DNA of 64,000 nucleotides from Halobacteriovoraceae bacterium (GTDB lineage Bacteria > Bdellovibrionota > Bacteriovoracia > Bacteriovoracales > Bacteriovoracaceae), in assembly GCA_963719505.1 (NCBI GenBank), contig CAVRCF010000001.1, forward strand, positions 320,001-384,000. The letters are read 5' to 3'. A model generated the notes under the pieces. It saw only the letters and a program-made list of their open reading frames with translations, did not search any database and was not told where the DNA came from. Both the position numbers and the translations under genes were made by a program. Within the stretch, counting starts at the first letter, position 1. Each line of letters opens with the position of its first letter. This document shows positions 39,123 through 51,402 of the stretch, in pieces.

Positions 39123-40507
39123 TTAAAATCTTTTTGCTCATCTTTTCTCTTTCAGCCCTTTCGTGGACTAATCCAGACTCCTTTAAAAGCGGAGTTATTG
39201 AACTTGAAGAAAGAGTAAACAGGACCAATTTAAAATCTTCATTACTCTCTGGTGGTGGAGCAATAAGCAATTCTTTGGTAGAAAAAATCTTAAAAGACTA
39301 CGAGAAAAAAATTGATTCAAACTTTGCCATCGACAATTATTTTAAAGACAGAGTTAATTTTTGGTTTCGAATCTATACACAATTCACTTCTAATCAGGTG
39401 GTTATTCATGACAAAGAAAACTTGGCGCTCGTTTATAATGTGGTCGATTTCAATGATATTGCATCCTCAAGCCTTAATCGGTATGTAAAAGCAAAGTTAC
39501 AAACAAAACTCTCGCTAGAACAAACAAGGAATATAAAAGCTGATTTTACAAAACTATCGACAAGCTTCTCAAACCTTACCAATAACCAAAAACTTTTACT
39601 CGAGAAGGTTAAAAAGGTTTTTAGTATACCTAAAGGAAAGAAGAGGAGAAAATCCTTTTTTATTGGTTTGGCCGACAACCTTAGAACCCAGACAGGGCAA
39701 AGAGATATGATTGAAAGAGGAGTTATTAGAGCGATTCCTTATTTTCCTTACCTTGAAGAGAAGATAAAGCTTTTTAATATCCCAAAAGAGCTTTTAGCAA
39801 TTCCCTTTTTAGAATCTTCTTTTAATCCAAATGCCCACTCCAAGGTTGGAGCTTCTGGTGCTTGGCAGTTTATGCCTTTTATCTCAAGTCTCTTTATGCC
39901 AAGAAGGAATAAATACCTCGACTACCGAAGAAATATCTTTGTTTCAAGTATTTCAGCTTTTGATCTTCTAAGAGAAAATAAAATGATCCTTAAAAGGTGG
40001 GACCTAGCAGTAACTGCTTATAACTCTGGCACTAAACATCTTTTAAAGGCCAAAAAACAGCTTTTAAAGAGTAAACAGGATTTCAACCTTCCGAATGTTT
40101 TAAGGTTTTATGATCACGATCATCTGGGGTTTGCATCCAAGAATTTTTACTCTGAGTTTCTGGCCCTTGTTCATGTTTTAGCCTATCGAGATCAGATATA
40201 TTCTATTGACCAATATGAGAAGGAAAAGAGAAGATTTAACTCCGGAAATATAAACTTCTTTATTGCAAAATGTCGAATCCTTCCTAAAAAGATTGATTTA
40301 CTTCTAAAAAAATCTTCACCTAATCATCGAAAACTGAATATGCATTTTAGAAATCCAGAGCGATATTATAAAAGAGGCCATATTTTAGTTTCCGATATCG
40401 ACCTCAACAAAAGAAGCTATCACAAAGTGGAAGATCGTATCTTGAAGAAATACAAACCAATAGATTGGTTTAAGAAAGCAAATGTTAAAAGATGTGGAAG
40501 GTTATAG
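39119..40507 (+). CDS. Lytic transglycosylase (MltD-like SLT domain)
   Basis: IPFLESSFNPNAHSKVGASGAWQFM, AVTAYNSG, FASKNFY motifs. Confidence 0.88.
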   Translation: MIKIFLLIFSLSALSWTNPDSFKSGVIELEERVNRTNLKSSLLSGGGAISNSLVEKILKDYEKKIDSNFAIDNYFKDRVNFWFRIYTQFTSNQVVIHDKENLALVYNVVDFNDIASSSLNRYVKAKLQTKLSLEQTRNIKADFTKLSTSFSNLTNNQKLLLEKVKKVFSIPKGKKRRKSFFIGLADNLRTQTGQRDMIERGVIRAIPYFPYLEEKIKLFNIPKELLAIPFLESSFNPNAHSKVGASGAWQFMPFISSLFMPRRNKYLDYRRNIFVSSISAFDLLRENKMILKRWDLAVTAYNSGTKHLLKAKKQLLKSKQDFNLPNVLRFYDHDHLGFASKNFYSEFLALVHVLAYRDQIYSIDQYEKEKRRFNSGNINFFIAKCRILPKKIDLLLKKSSPNHRKLNMHFRNPERYYKRGHILVSDIDLNKRSYHKVEDRILKKYKPIDWFKKANVKRCGRL

Positions 40508-42646
40508 TTGCTCAACCAGATATGTTGAGTTTGAACAATAAGACTGAAGATGATCAACTGATCCATCAATATATTCTATTTTTGCATTTATAATTCCCTG
40601 TTCTTCTCCAAGGATAAATATTTTTTTAGATTCTGCACTAAAGTCACTATAGAATAATCCATCAGTATCTAATATTTTAGTTTGAATACCCATCATTCTG
40701 TCTGCGGCTTTACCAGATAAACTGTAGGAGTTCGCCTTTTTACTAAGGTTTATCTGAATCAGACACTGAGTTCCTACGCTTCCAAGAGAGAATTGTCCAA
40801 GGACAAATCGCATATAGGTTTCACTAGGGATGGTAACTTCCTCATTTTTCCAACGACCAACAAATACTGTTTCTCTCAGGTGGCTAAGTTGAAGGTATGA
40901 ACGAGTTCCAAGGGGATAGAGAACATCACCAGCTTGGTACTTATTTAGAGTTAACTTCTTGTATTTTGTATCAAAAGTTAACCCTGCGATGTCTGTATTA
41001 TCAATACTTAGGGGTGAAATAGACTTTGATAGTAGATTTTCTTCATTTAGATCGAACTCATCAGCCAAGACTTCTCTATAGTAGTTCGGCTCAAAATAGA
41101 TTTCTTCTGCTTGAAGATGAATAATTTTTGAAATTGTTTCATTCTTAGTATTTAGGAAATTTATTATAGTATTTCCAGGCATTGCATCGATAAAAAGAAT
41201 ATAATTGAAGTCACTATCAGCTCTGTTGACTACTTTGAATTTTGAATCCAAAAAGACTTTACCTGAAAACTTACCATCAATTTCTACATCTTCTGTTCCT
41301 CTGTCGAGTTCAACCAAAAGAAAGGCTTCATTTCCTCTAAAATTTTGACTACTCAAAATTGATTCCATCTTTTTATTAGAAATCATAGGAACAGAAGCTA
41401 TATCTTCCCCCTCTTCAAACACTAAATCTATCGTTGTCGGCATCATATCTTTTACGACAATCGTACTTCTTCTGATCGCCATTTCATTATTAATTTTAGT
41501 CGATATATTAACTTCGCCATTGCCTGAGTCAGATAGTATATCATTACTGTCATCAGAGAATCTTATATCAAAGTTTCTCACCGATTTTTTAGTTCCCACG
41601 ACATAAGGCTTGATAAGAAGATTACTTTTATAGTTTCTCTTATTTATTATTTTTGCACTTGTTTTCGTTTGAGGAATAAGGTTTTTCACCGTTTTATTTA
41701 CTTGTTCGGAGCTTGGTACTATCTCCTGTTTTGACTGGGTGGCTCCAGCATCAGCGAATAAGTTCCATACCTTATCAGCTTCTTTTTTCGTATCTGATAT
41801 TTTTGGAGGGACACCCTTGCTTACTTTTGTCTTCAAAGCTTGAGCAATTTGCACTGTCGTTTGCGATGCCGCAGAAACAACTGCCTTCTTCCCTTCATTA
41901 GATTTTTCAACATCTTTTGAGTAGTCAAAAAATACTAATTCATCTTTAACCGGATTTATAGCCTCAGACTTTGTTGATTGCGCAACAACTTTAATCTCTT
42001 CTAGAGGTAGATCCTCTAGAGCTAAATCAAGATGCTTAGGCTTTTCATTCGACGCTTGAGTCGTAGAAATCCTATCGTAATCTGGTTTTGTCTTGGCAAT
42101 AAGAGTAGGTTCAGACTTTTGTGAGTAATCTCTAATTTTAATGTCAATAGCCGCCCACTTCGATGAAGCAACAGTCTGTTCCAACACAATCTTTTTCACA
42201 GTAACTGGGTCAGAAATATCTAACTCATAAACCTTTTTAGAAAGAGATTCCTGTCCTTGAGAAGCAGATAATGAATCTAAAACCTTTTGAGACCTGTTTG
42301 GTAGATTGTATCCTTTAACTTGTTTTGGAATTGCTGCACTTTCTTTATTTAGAAATTCAACATCTACTTTTTTCGGTTCGGAAAGATTTTCCTCATTTAT
42401 TGATACATGATAAAAATCGAGACTTTCTACATCGTTGAAATTCTCTTCATTTATTAAAATATTGGCTTGTTTTGGAGTTGTTTTTAGATCCGAAACCTTT
42501 TGAATTTTTTCAGAAGATTTCTTTTGGAAAGAGCTCGTAAGCACCTTATCAAAAGCCTTTTCAGCTTTACTGTCGTCTAGCATTTTCGGTATAAAAATGG
42601 CAAAACTAAGAATAAATGTCAGTAAAACTAGACTTTTCTTTTTCAT
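40502..42646 (-). CDS. Large membrane-anchored/exported hypothetical protein
   Basis: 714-aa ORF, N-terminal TM, disordered middle, beta-rich C-terminal half. Confidence 0.7.
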   Translation of the reverse strand: MKKKSLVLLTFILSFAIFIPKMLDDSKAEKAFDKVLTSSFQKKSSEKIQKVSDLKTTPKQANILINEENFNDVESLDFYHVSINEENLSEPKKVDVEFLNKESAAIPKQVKGYNLPNRSQKVLDSLSASQGQESLSKKVYELDISDPVTVKKIVLEQTVASSKWAAIDIKIRDYSQKSEPTLIAKTKPDYDRISTTQASNEKPKHLDLALEDLPLEEIKVVAQSTKSEAINPVKDELVFFDYSKDVEKSNEGKKAVVSAASQTTVQIAQALKTKVSKGVPPKISDTKKEADKVWNLFADAGATQSKQEIVPSSEQVNKTVKNLIPQTKTSAKIINKRNYKSNLLIKPYVVGTKKSVRNFDIRFSDDSNDILSDSGNGEVNISTKINNEMAIRRSTIVVKDMMPTTIDLVFEEGEDIASVPMISNKKMESILSSQNFRGNEAFLLVELDRGTEDVEIDGKFSGKVFLDSKFKVVNRADSDFNYILFIDAMPGNTIINFLNTKNETISKIIHLQAEEIYFEPNYYREVLADEFDLNEENLLSKSISPLSIDNTDIAGLTFDTKYKKLTLNKYQAGDVLYPLGTRSYLQLSHLRETVFVGRWKNEEVTIPSETYMRFVLGQFSLGSVGTQCLIQINLSKKANSYSLSGKAADRMMGIQTKILDTDGLFYSDFSAESKKIFILGEEQGIINAKIEYIDGSVDHLQSYCSNSTYLVEQL

Positions 42647-42757
42647 AATAGTTATTCTATTTTACATGTTCTCTAATAAAACAAAACTCTAAAGCGGCTT
42701 ATAGAGCAAGTTTGTGAATAGCCACTTGTTTTTTAGTGGTGAGTACTCAACAAAAAG

Positions 42758-43276
42758 GTGACTATGCAAATTAAAAATTTCGAACTCAAAGCCAAATTGA
42801 AAGATCCAGATAAAGTAAAAGATATTCTTCTTGAACTTAATGCTGATTATAAAGGATGTGATGAGCAGTTAGATTCTTATTTTAATGTTCCCAGTGGAAG
42901 ATTAAAACTTAGACAGGGAAATATTGAAAATTCTCTCATTTTTTACAAAAGAGAGGATACAAATAAAGCTAAGGAGTCAGATATCTCCTTTTCTAAAATT
43001 CCTTTTGAATCTGATAATATACTTGATGTTCTCACTCATGCTTTAGGGGTTAAGAAGGTTATAATAAAGAAGAGGGATATATATTTTATCTACCATGTAA
43101 AGTTTCATATCGATTATCTAGAAGGACTGGGCTCTTTTGTTGAAGTAGAAGTTATTGACGATAAAAATGAGTACTCAATTGAACAGATGAAGGAGCTTTG
43201 TCTCTTTTATAAAAACAAACTCGAAATTAGTGATTCTGATTTAATTGATAAGTCTTATTCTGATATGGTTCTATAG
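42758..43276 (+). CDS. cyaB: CYTH-domain protein (class IV adenylate cyclase family)
   Basis: ELKAK, QLDSYF, GRLKLR, KKRDIY, HID.LEGLGSFVEVE, SYSDM motifs. Confidence 0.85.
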   Translation: MTMQIKNFELKAKLKDPDKVKDILLELNADYKGCDEQLDSYFNVPSGRLKLRQGNIENSLIFYKREDTNKAKESDISFSKIPFESDNILDVLTHALGVKKVIIKKRDIYFIYHVKFHIDYLEGLGSFVEVEVIDDKNEYSIEQMKELCLFYKNKLEISDSDLIDKSYSDMVL

Positions 43277-43344
43277 GACCAGGTTTTTTGGTGGTTCTAT
43301 GGGGGCACTGTCAAAAATGCAAAAAAAATGCCCCGATAGGGGCA
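43266..43344. repeat. Cluster of three 16-bp palindromes (motif family B)
   Basis: TGGTTCTATAGGACCA 43266-43281, TGGTTCTATGGGGGCA 43292-43307, TGCCCCGATAGGGGCA 43329-43344. Confidence 0.8.
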
Positions 43345-43347
43345 TTT
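43321..43347 (-). terminator. Intrinsic terminator of atp operon
   Basis: Stem AAATGCCCC-gata-GGGGCATTT with an A-tract that gives a U-tract on the minus strand, just past the atpC stop. Confidence 0.8.
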
Positions 43348-43358
43348 AATTTATCTTT

Positions 43359-43769
43359 TTAATTTTGATTACCAAGCTTGAGCCTCATTTTGGCCCTCTC
43401 AAGTTTTCTTCTAAACTTAATAATGTCTACATCTGTAAGAGAAGAGTCACCCTTTAGTCTAGATTCAGCTTTTGCTTTTGCAGCTTTTGCTCTTGCAATA
43501 TCAATTTGATCAGCTGTTTCTGAAGTTGTTGAAAGAACATTTACTTCTTTTTCAATCACTTTTAGTAAGCCAGCTGTCACTGAAAATTTTCTCTCACCAC
43601 TACCAACTTTAGCCGTTAGGATACCAGTTGCTAATTCAGAGATTAAATTTATATGTCCAGGTAGAACATTAATTTCACCATTAACAGTTGGTATTGTAAA
43701 AGAGTCACAATCGAGACCCTTTAAGATAACACCATTTGGAGTGAAAATATTTAATTTAAAGTTACTCAT
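43359..43769 (-). CDS. atpC: ATP synthase F1 epsilon subunit
   Basis: IFTPNG, GEINVLPGH, IDIARA motifs; operon position. Confidence 0.93.
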   Translation of the reverse strand: MSNFKLNIFTPNGVILKGLDCDSFTIPTVNGEINVLPGHINLISELATGILTAKVGSGERKFSVTAGLLKVIEKEVNVLSTTSETADQIDIARAKAAKAKAESRLKGDSSLTDVDIIKFRRKLERAKMRLKLGNQN

Positions 43770-43772
43770 TTT

Positions 43773-45177
<1,405 letters not shown>

Positions 45178-45189
45178 TATTATGTCTCC

Positions 45190-46060
45190 CTAAGAGTTAA
45201 GCGACTCAGCACCAGACACAATTTCTGTTAATTCTGTCGTAATCGCTGCTTGTCTTAATTTGTTTATTGTTAATGTTAAATCTTTAATCATATCTCTTAC
45301 AGTTATTTGTCGCATTATCCATCGCCGTCATTCTGGCTCCGTGCTCAGCTGCAATTGCATCAAGAATACATGTGTAAATTGTCGTGTTTAATACTTCTGG
45401 GATTAAGTTATCCAAAATCTTTGCAGCACTTGGCTCGTAGATAAAATCTATTGGAATTGTTTCAAGATTTACCACTTCACCTGTTGTTACAGTCATTGGA
45501 AGAAGCTTGTTTTACACTCGAGTTAAATTCAATTGCTGAAACAAAAGCATTATAAGCCGAGGTAGACATTAGCAACTTCGCCAGAGACAAATTTTTCAGC
45601 AAGTTCGCTTGCAATGGCCTTAACTTCATCAAAAGTTGGGTCATTTTTTGCGAACTCGTATTTTTTCGTCGATGGTATCCCTTCTCTTTTAAGAAGGCTT
45701 TCACTTTCTTTCCAATAAAGTAAAACTCAAATTTTTCTTGAGATTCCTTTTTAAACTTTAGGACTCTTTTATAGAGTTGTGAGTTATAACCCCCACATAA
45801 TCCCTTATTAGAAGAGACGACGAGTACAATTGATTTTTTAGCTTCTGTATTTTCCTTAAGGTACTCATGAGAATAGTTTTCTACAAGTGAGGAAGCCATA
45901 CGAACAGTCTTTCTAATTCAGAAGAATAAGGCTTAAAGTTCGTTATCTTTCCTTGAGCTTTTGACAGCTTTGCTGCAGAAACCAGTTTCATGGCACTAGT
46001 GATCTTGAAAGTATTTTTCGTACTTTTAATTCTAATTTTAAGATCTTTAATATTAGCCAT
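45190..46060 (-). CDS. atpG: ATP synthase F1 gamma subunit (several frame breaks)
   Basis: MANIKDLKIRIKS...ITSAMKLV, SSNKGLCGGYN, EHGARMTAMDNA, RQAAITTELTEIVSGAE in shifting frames. Confidence 0.92.
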
Positions 46061-46080
46061 TAGTTCCTCTTAAGTTTCTA

Positions 46081-47590
46081 TTATTTATTAGCGTCAACAA
46101 AAGCTTTAATAACTTCGTTTAACTTCGCTTCAGATTCTGGCGAGATTTTTTTCTCGTTAGCAATAGCATTACGAAGGTCAGAGTGTTTCGCTGTAACGTG
46201 TTCGATTAAGTTTTTCTCTATAGAAACAATTTTAGATTTATGAACTGAATCGAAGAAACCTTTTGTTGCAGCATAGATACTAATAACTTGATCTTCAACT
46301 TCAAAAGGTGAGTATTGTGGTTGCTTAAGAAGTTCTACCAATCTCTCCCCTCTTTCAAGTTGCTTTCTTGTTGCTTCATCAAGATCTGATGCAAACTGAG
46401 AGAAAGCTTGAAGTTCTCTATATTGAGCAAGGTCTAGTCTAAGAGTACCAGCAACACCTTTCATTGCTTTAATTTGTGCAGAACCACCAACTCTTGATAC
46501 TGAGATACCAACGTTAACAGCTGGTCTAACACCAGCGTTAAATAGATCACCCTCAAGAAAGATCTGACCATCTGTAATCGAAATAACGTTCGTTGGAATA
46601 TAAGCCGAAACGTCACCTTCTTGAGTTTCAATAATTGGAAGAGCTGTTAATGAACCAGCACCAACATCATCACTCATCTTTGCTGCACGCTCAAGAAGTC
46701 TTGAGTGAACATAGAATACATCCCCTGGGAATGCTTCTCGTCCTGGTGGACGTCTAAGAAGAAGTGATAATTGTCTATATGCTTGAGCTTGTTTAGTTAA
46801 GTCATCATAAACGATAAGTGCATGTTGTCCGTTATCTCTATAGTACTCACCCATTGTACAACCAGTAGTAAGGTGCAATGTATTGAAGAGGAGCTGACTG
46901 AGATGCTGAAGCATTTACGATAATTGTATACTCAAGGGCACCAGCTTCTTTAAGTTTTTGATAAACTTGTCTAACTGTTGATTGCTTTTGTCCGATCGCC
47001 ACGTAAATACATTTAACGTCTTTACCTTTTTGATTGATAATAGTATCGATAGCAACGGCTGTTTTTCCAGTTTTTCTATCACCAATAATTAGCTCTCGTT
47101 GTCCTCTTCCAATTGGAATCATAGAGTCGATTGCTTTAATACCTGTTTGCATTGGCTCATGAACTGGTTTTCTTTTAATAATACCAGGTGCTTTGATTTC
47201 AATATTTCTATATTCAGTAGCATTGATTTCACCTTTACCATCAATTGGCTCACCTATTGAGTTTACAACTCTTCCAAGAAGACCGTCACCTACTGGAACC
47301 TGAACAATTTTTTCAGTTCTTTTAACAGTAGATCCTTCTTTAATGTGTGAAGATTCACCTAGAACAGCAACACCAACGTTATTTGATTCAAGGTTTAAAA
47401 CCATCCCCTTAACGCCACCGTCGAACTCAACAAGTTCTCCAGCTAAAACGTTTTTTAAACCAAAAACTCTTGCTACACCATCACCGATAGTTAGAACAGT
47501 TCCGATTTCGTTTACATCTAATTTAGTTTCGAAATTCGCAATTCTTTCTTTGATAATTCCCGTAATTTCTTCAGGTCTCATTGTACTCAT
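46081..47590 (-). CDS. atpA: ATP synthase F1 alpha subunit (frame break near 46860)
   Basis: [30 protein letters not shown] motifs in two ORFs. Confidence 0.95.
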
Positions 47591-47634
47591 CCAACTAATC
47601 CTTATGTTATTGTTAAGTTATTTTTCGTCTTTTT

Positions 47635-48177
47635 TTAGTTCTCTAAAACTGACTCTTTAAAATGCTTTAACTGGTTATCAACTGACGCATCTACTTGTAG
47701 GTCATCAACTGTTATTCTATATCCGGCTGTTACGCCTTCATTCTTTTTATATTCTAAAACTGGCTCTTTACCACCAAGTTGACTTTTCAAAGCGGCAAGA
47801 AGTTTATTCTTGTGGTCGTCAGAAATTGAATCTGAATGCCCTTCGATTGTTCCTCTTAAAAAACCTTTTTCATGATCATCTATAACAATCACTTCCTTAA
47901 AAATTAAAGGGAGAAGACTTATTCTTCCTTCATTAATTAGGTAATCAACTGAGGCTTTTGTATATTTATGAAGTCCAATTTTGTCGGCGATAGCTCCAAA
48001 AACAGAAAGCTTATCTTCTTGAGAGAAAACATCTAAAAACAAAACGTTTTCTAAATCATTTGAAGAGTTAATAACCTCTGTTAATGATGTTAGCTCTTCA
48101 GCCATATTGAAGTTATTTTCTTTTGCTAAGTCTAAAAAAGACTTCGCATAAATTTTTGCTGTATTTTGCTCTTTCAT
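47635..48177 (-). CDS. atpH: ATP synthase delta subunit
   Basis: AKIYAKS, AGYRI..DDLQVDASV; operon position. Confidence 0.88.
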   Translation of the reverse strand: MKEQNTAKIYAKSFLDLAKENNFNMAEELTSLTEVINSSNDLENVLFLDVFSQEDKLSVFGAIADKIGLHKYTKASVDYLINEGRISLLPLIFKEVIVIDDHEKGFLRGTIEGHSDSISDDHKNKLLAALKSQLGGKEPVLEYKKNEGVTAGYRITVDDLQVDASVDNQLKHFKESVLEN

Positions 48178-48713
48178 TATCTTAAACCCTCTAGGATTTT
48201 ATTGGTCGCTTCGGTATTTAGACCTTGGTCTGCTTTGATTTTAGTTTTTGCATTTGCGATAACAGCGTCAAGTAGCTGCTCGTTTAAATTATTAGCTAGT
48301 TCTTGTTTTTCGGTTTCAATTTTTTTAGATGCTTCTTGTTTCAAATTAGAAATTCTACTTTCAACATCTTTTTCATAATTAGATTTGTAAGTTGAAACTT
48401 CAGTTGCTCCATCTTTTTTGATGGCTTCAACTTCAGATTCTAAATTGGAAAGTTTTTTCTTTTGAGCTGCCATCAACATATCAGCTTCCTTGGCCTTAAC
48501 ACTTGCTCTTTCCATGATATTTTTAACATCTTGTGATTTTGTTTTAAAATAGTCTTTCATGATAGGGATCAAAATATACAGGAGACCGGCAGCTAAAAGA
48601 CCGATATTAACGAACGATGGTATAAGGTCAGATGGGCTTCCATGTCCAGTACCGCCGGCAGCGTGCACAGTCCCATTAACTAATAATAAAGCTAAGATTG
48701 ACTTCATTTTCAA
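48177..48713 (-). CDS. atpF: ATP synthase F0 subunit b
   Basis: N-terminal TM + long coiled coil, upstream of atpH. Confidence 0.8.
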   Translation of the reverse strand: MKMKSILALLLVNGTVHAAGGTGHGSPSDLIPSFVNIGLLAAGLLYILIPIMKDYFKTKSQDVKNIMERASVKAKEADMLMAAQKKKLSNLESEVEAIKKDGATEVSTYKSNYEKDVESRISNLKQEASKKIETEKQELANNLNEQLLDAVIANAKTKIKADQGLNTEATNKILEGLR

Positions 48714-49160
48714 TTATCCTTTTGTAATTTTTTGTACGAGTGACATTGCGAGTTCTTCAGCACCAGCTAGAACTTCATCTTTTTGTGCAGCAACTTTTTC
48801 TTCTGACTCTCTTCTAGATTGATCAACAAAATCGTTTACTGATTTTTCTTCTGTTCTATATTGAGATTCATACTTTTTTGTTAACGCATTTTTTTCTGCT
48901 TCTATTCTTTCTCTTTCAGCTTTTGTTGCATGAGAAATCTTCTCTTTATATTCAGCAGCAAGCCTATCAACTTCAACGAATTGTCTATCGGCATCACCCT
49001 CAAGGCCAGTTGTATTTTTTTCTCTTTTTTCGATAATGTTTTGTAAATGACCAAGAAATAAAAAGTTTGAAGCGGCTAGCACTACAATGACCATAATCAG
49101 CTGAGTCCATAGGGTTTTATCAGCACCTAAGCTCGTAAAAATACCTAAAACCATATCCAT
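48714..49160 (-). CDS. ATP synthase F0 subunit b'
   Basis: TM followed by IIEKRE and coiled coil; first gene of atp operon. Confidence 0.78.
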   Translation of the reverse strand: MDMVLGIFTSLGADKTLWTQLIMVIVVLAASNFLFLGHLQNIIEKREKNTTGLEGDADRQFVEVDRLAAEYKEKISHATKAERERIEAEKNALTKKYESQYRTEEKSVNDFVDQSRRESEEKVAAQKDEVLAGAEELAMSLVQKITKG

Positions 49161-49200
49161 AGTTTGAATCCTAATTTATTGAAGTTAAATTTAACAATAT

Positions 49201-49229
49201 TTGATATTCGTTCGGGGCAACATAGTCAA
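49201..49229 (-). promoter_or_regulatory. sigma70-like promoter of atp operon
   Basis: Minus strand TTGACT-N17-TATCAA, 41 bp upstream of the b' start. Confidence 0.5.
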
Positions 49230-49237
49230 GTAAGATC

Positions 49238-49573
49238 TTACTTTTTATCTTTCATTTTCGTTACACCGTGAAAGATAACGCCCTCTTCTACAATAAGACT
49301 CGGAGAGGTAACAGTACCCTCAAACCTTGCAGGTCTTCTTATCTCCACTCGCGATGTCGCTTTTATGTTTCCTTTGACGGCACCTGAGATGAGAATGATA
49401 TTGGCGTTGATGTCTGCGTTGATGACAGCCCCTTCTGATATAATAAGAGTGTCATTGGAGAAGATACTTCCTGTGACGATTCCTGAGATTCTAACAATCC
49501 CATTAAATGAGAGGTTGCCTTCAAAACGACAACCCTCTTCTATAATCGCACATATTTCATTTTTGCTTGCCAC
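49238..49573 (-). CDS. Bactofilin (polymer-forming cytoskeletal protein, DUF583)
   Basis: Beta-helix repeats FEGNL..VRISG.V.GSI...LII.EGA.I.ADI...I.G.V.GNI...VEEGVIFHG. Confidence 0.9.
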   Translation of the reverse strand: MASKNEICAIIEEGCRFEGNLSFNGIVRISGIVTGSIFSNDTLIISEGAVINADINANIILISGAVKGNIKATSRVEIRRPARFEGTVTSPSLIVEEGVIFHGVTKMKDKK

Positions 49574-49604
49574 AAAGATCTCCCTTGATCTTTATAAAGT
49601 AGAA

Positions 49605-50483
49605 TTATTTAGATATTAAAAATTTGTAAATATCATTAAACTCGGCTTCATTTGTATACTTTAGAGTAATTGTACCAGAACCATTATTTTTTGTCTTTAA
49701 TTCAAAATGGTATCCAGTTTTATTTTCGAGTTTTTGTTTAATACTATCAAGTTTCTCGTCAAAAAATTTATTACTCGTTTTAGGCTTAGATGCTCTTTTT
49801 GTTTTAATAGCTTTTTCTAAGTCTCTAACTGACATCTTCTCATCAATAGCAAGTCTCGCAAATCTCTTTGTTGCCTCGTCATCTTTTAGTGATGCTAAAA
49901 CCTTTGCATGACCAAATGAGATGTCTTCTTTCTGAAGATGCCCAATGACTTCTCGAGGAAGCTTAAGCACTCTGAGAAAGTTAGCAATTGTCGATCTCTC
50001 TTTACCAATTTGTTTTGCTACTTCTTCTTGAGTTAAACCAAATTCATTCATTAAAGAATAGTAAGATAAAGCCTCTTCAACGCAGTTTAAATCTGCTCGC
50101 TGAACGTTCTCTATAATGGCCATGGCCATATGCTCTTTCTTACTGACTTTTTTGGTCACAACAGGAACCATCTCAAGACCAGCAAGCCTTGAAGCCCTAA
50201 GTCTTCTCTCTCCAGAAATTAAAAGAAATGTTCCGTCACTTTGTTCAGTGACGATAAGGGGCTGGATAATACCATTTTCTTTTATTGAAGCTGATAATTC
50301 AGTAATCTCTTTATCTTTAAATATTTTTCTGGGCTGATCTTTATTTGCTTTAACTTTTTCTATAGGCACTAATAATGACCCATTACCTTGGCTTTTTGGC
50401 TGTCCCATATTCGGTGAAGCATTCCCACCCAATAATGCGCTCATTCCTTTACCCAGTGCTAACTTATTTTTCGTTGTTGCCAT
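49605..50483 (-). CDS. parB: Chromosome partitioning protein ParB
   Basis: LGKGMSALL, QPRKIF, GIIQP, GERRLRA, IENVQR, HTH RSTIAN motifs. Confidence 0.96.
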   Translation of the reverse strand: MATTKNKLALGKGMSALLGGNASPNMGQPKSQGNGSLLVPIEKVKANKDQPRKIFKDKEITELSASIKENGIIQPLIVTEQSDGTFLLISGERRLRASRLAGLEMVPVVTKKVSKKEHMAMAIIENVQRADLNCVEEALSYYSLMNEFGLTQEEVAKQIGKERSTIANFLRVLKLPREVIGHLQKEDISFGHAKVLASLKDDEATKRFARLAIDEKMSVRDLEKAIKTKRASKPKTSNKFFDEKLDSIKQKLENKTGYHFELKTKNNGSGTITLKYTNEAEFNDIYKFLISK

Positions 50484-50497
50484 CTCAATTTCCTCTC

Positions 50498-51361
50498 TTA
50501 TATTTGGTAGTCATCAAAACTTGGAATATTTAATTCATCTTTGTTTATGATTTTTTCGATAATTGGTTCATCTTTCTTTTTTAAGTCTGACTTCGCTTTA
50601 TCTTTATAAATGATTTCTTTTGCTACATTGAGGTATGCCTCTGATCCCTTGGATGTAATGTCATAAATAATTATGGGCTGACCATGACTAGAACATTCAG
50701 ATAGTTTTACGTTTCTTGGGATAATTGTTTTAAAAGTATCATTTGGAAAAGTATCTCTGATTTCCTGAGCAACTAATTTTGATAGATTATTTCTTCCATC
50801 AAACATCGTTAGCAAAATACCTTCTAATTCAATAATTGGATTTAGGTTTTGCTTTATGAGTTTTACGGTATTGATAATTTGAGCTAGTCCTTCCATCGCA
50901 AAATATTCAGTTTGCAGTGGTACAATGTAACTATCCGCTGCACTTAAACCGTTGACCGTTAATAAGGATAAAGACGGTGGACAATCGATAATAATATACT
51001 CGTATAAAGCCTCTAGAGGCTCAAGGGCAGACTTTAACTTAGACTCGCGAGCGAATGCTTGCATAAGTTCTACCTCTGCACCAATGAGGTTATTATCAGA
51101 CGGGCAGATATGAAGCTGAGGAAGTTCTGTTTCATAGATACAGCTTTCAATATTTTCACCACCTATCATCGCATGATAGATATTAGCCGTTGAAAAGTTT
51201 TCTTTACTTAACCCCAGTGCAACACTTGCATTACCCTGAGGATCTAGGTCAACTACTAGTGTCTTCTTCTCAGCTACAGCTAAGCATGCTGCTAAATTTA
51301 TGGCAGTGGTCGTTTTACCTACCCCACCCTTTTGATTTGCAATTGCTATTATTTTAGCCAT
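50498..51361 (-). CDS. parA: Chromosome partitioning ATPase ParA
   Basis: [33 protein letters not shown] motifs. Confidence 0.96.
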   Translation of the reverse strand: MAKIIAIANQKGGVGKTTTAINLAACLAVAEKKTLVVDLDPQGNASVALGLSKENFSTANIYHAMIGGENIESCIYETELPQLHICPSDNNLIGAEVELMQAFARESKLKSALEPLEALYEYIIIDCPPSLSLLTVNGLSAADSYIVPLQTEYFAMEGLAQIINTVKLIKQNLNPIIELEGILLTMFDGRNNLSKLVAQEIRDTFPNDTFKTIIPRNVKLSECSSHGQPIIIYDITSKGSEAYLNVAKEIIYKDKAKSDLKKKDEPIIEKIINKDELNIPSFDDYQI

Positions 51362-51402
51362 TTATTCTACCTCTTATATTAATTCTTCTTTAAGATTAGT
51401 TT

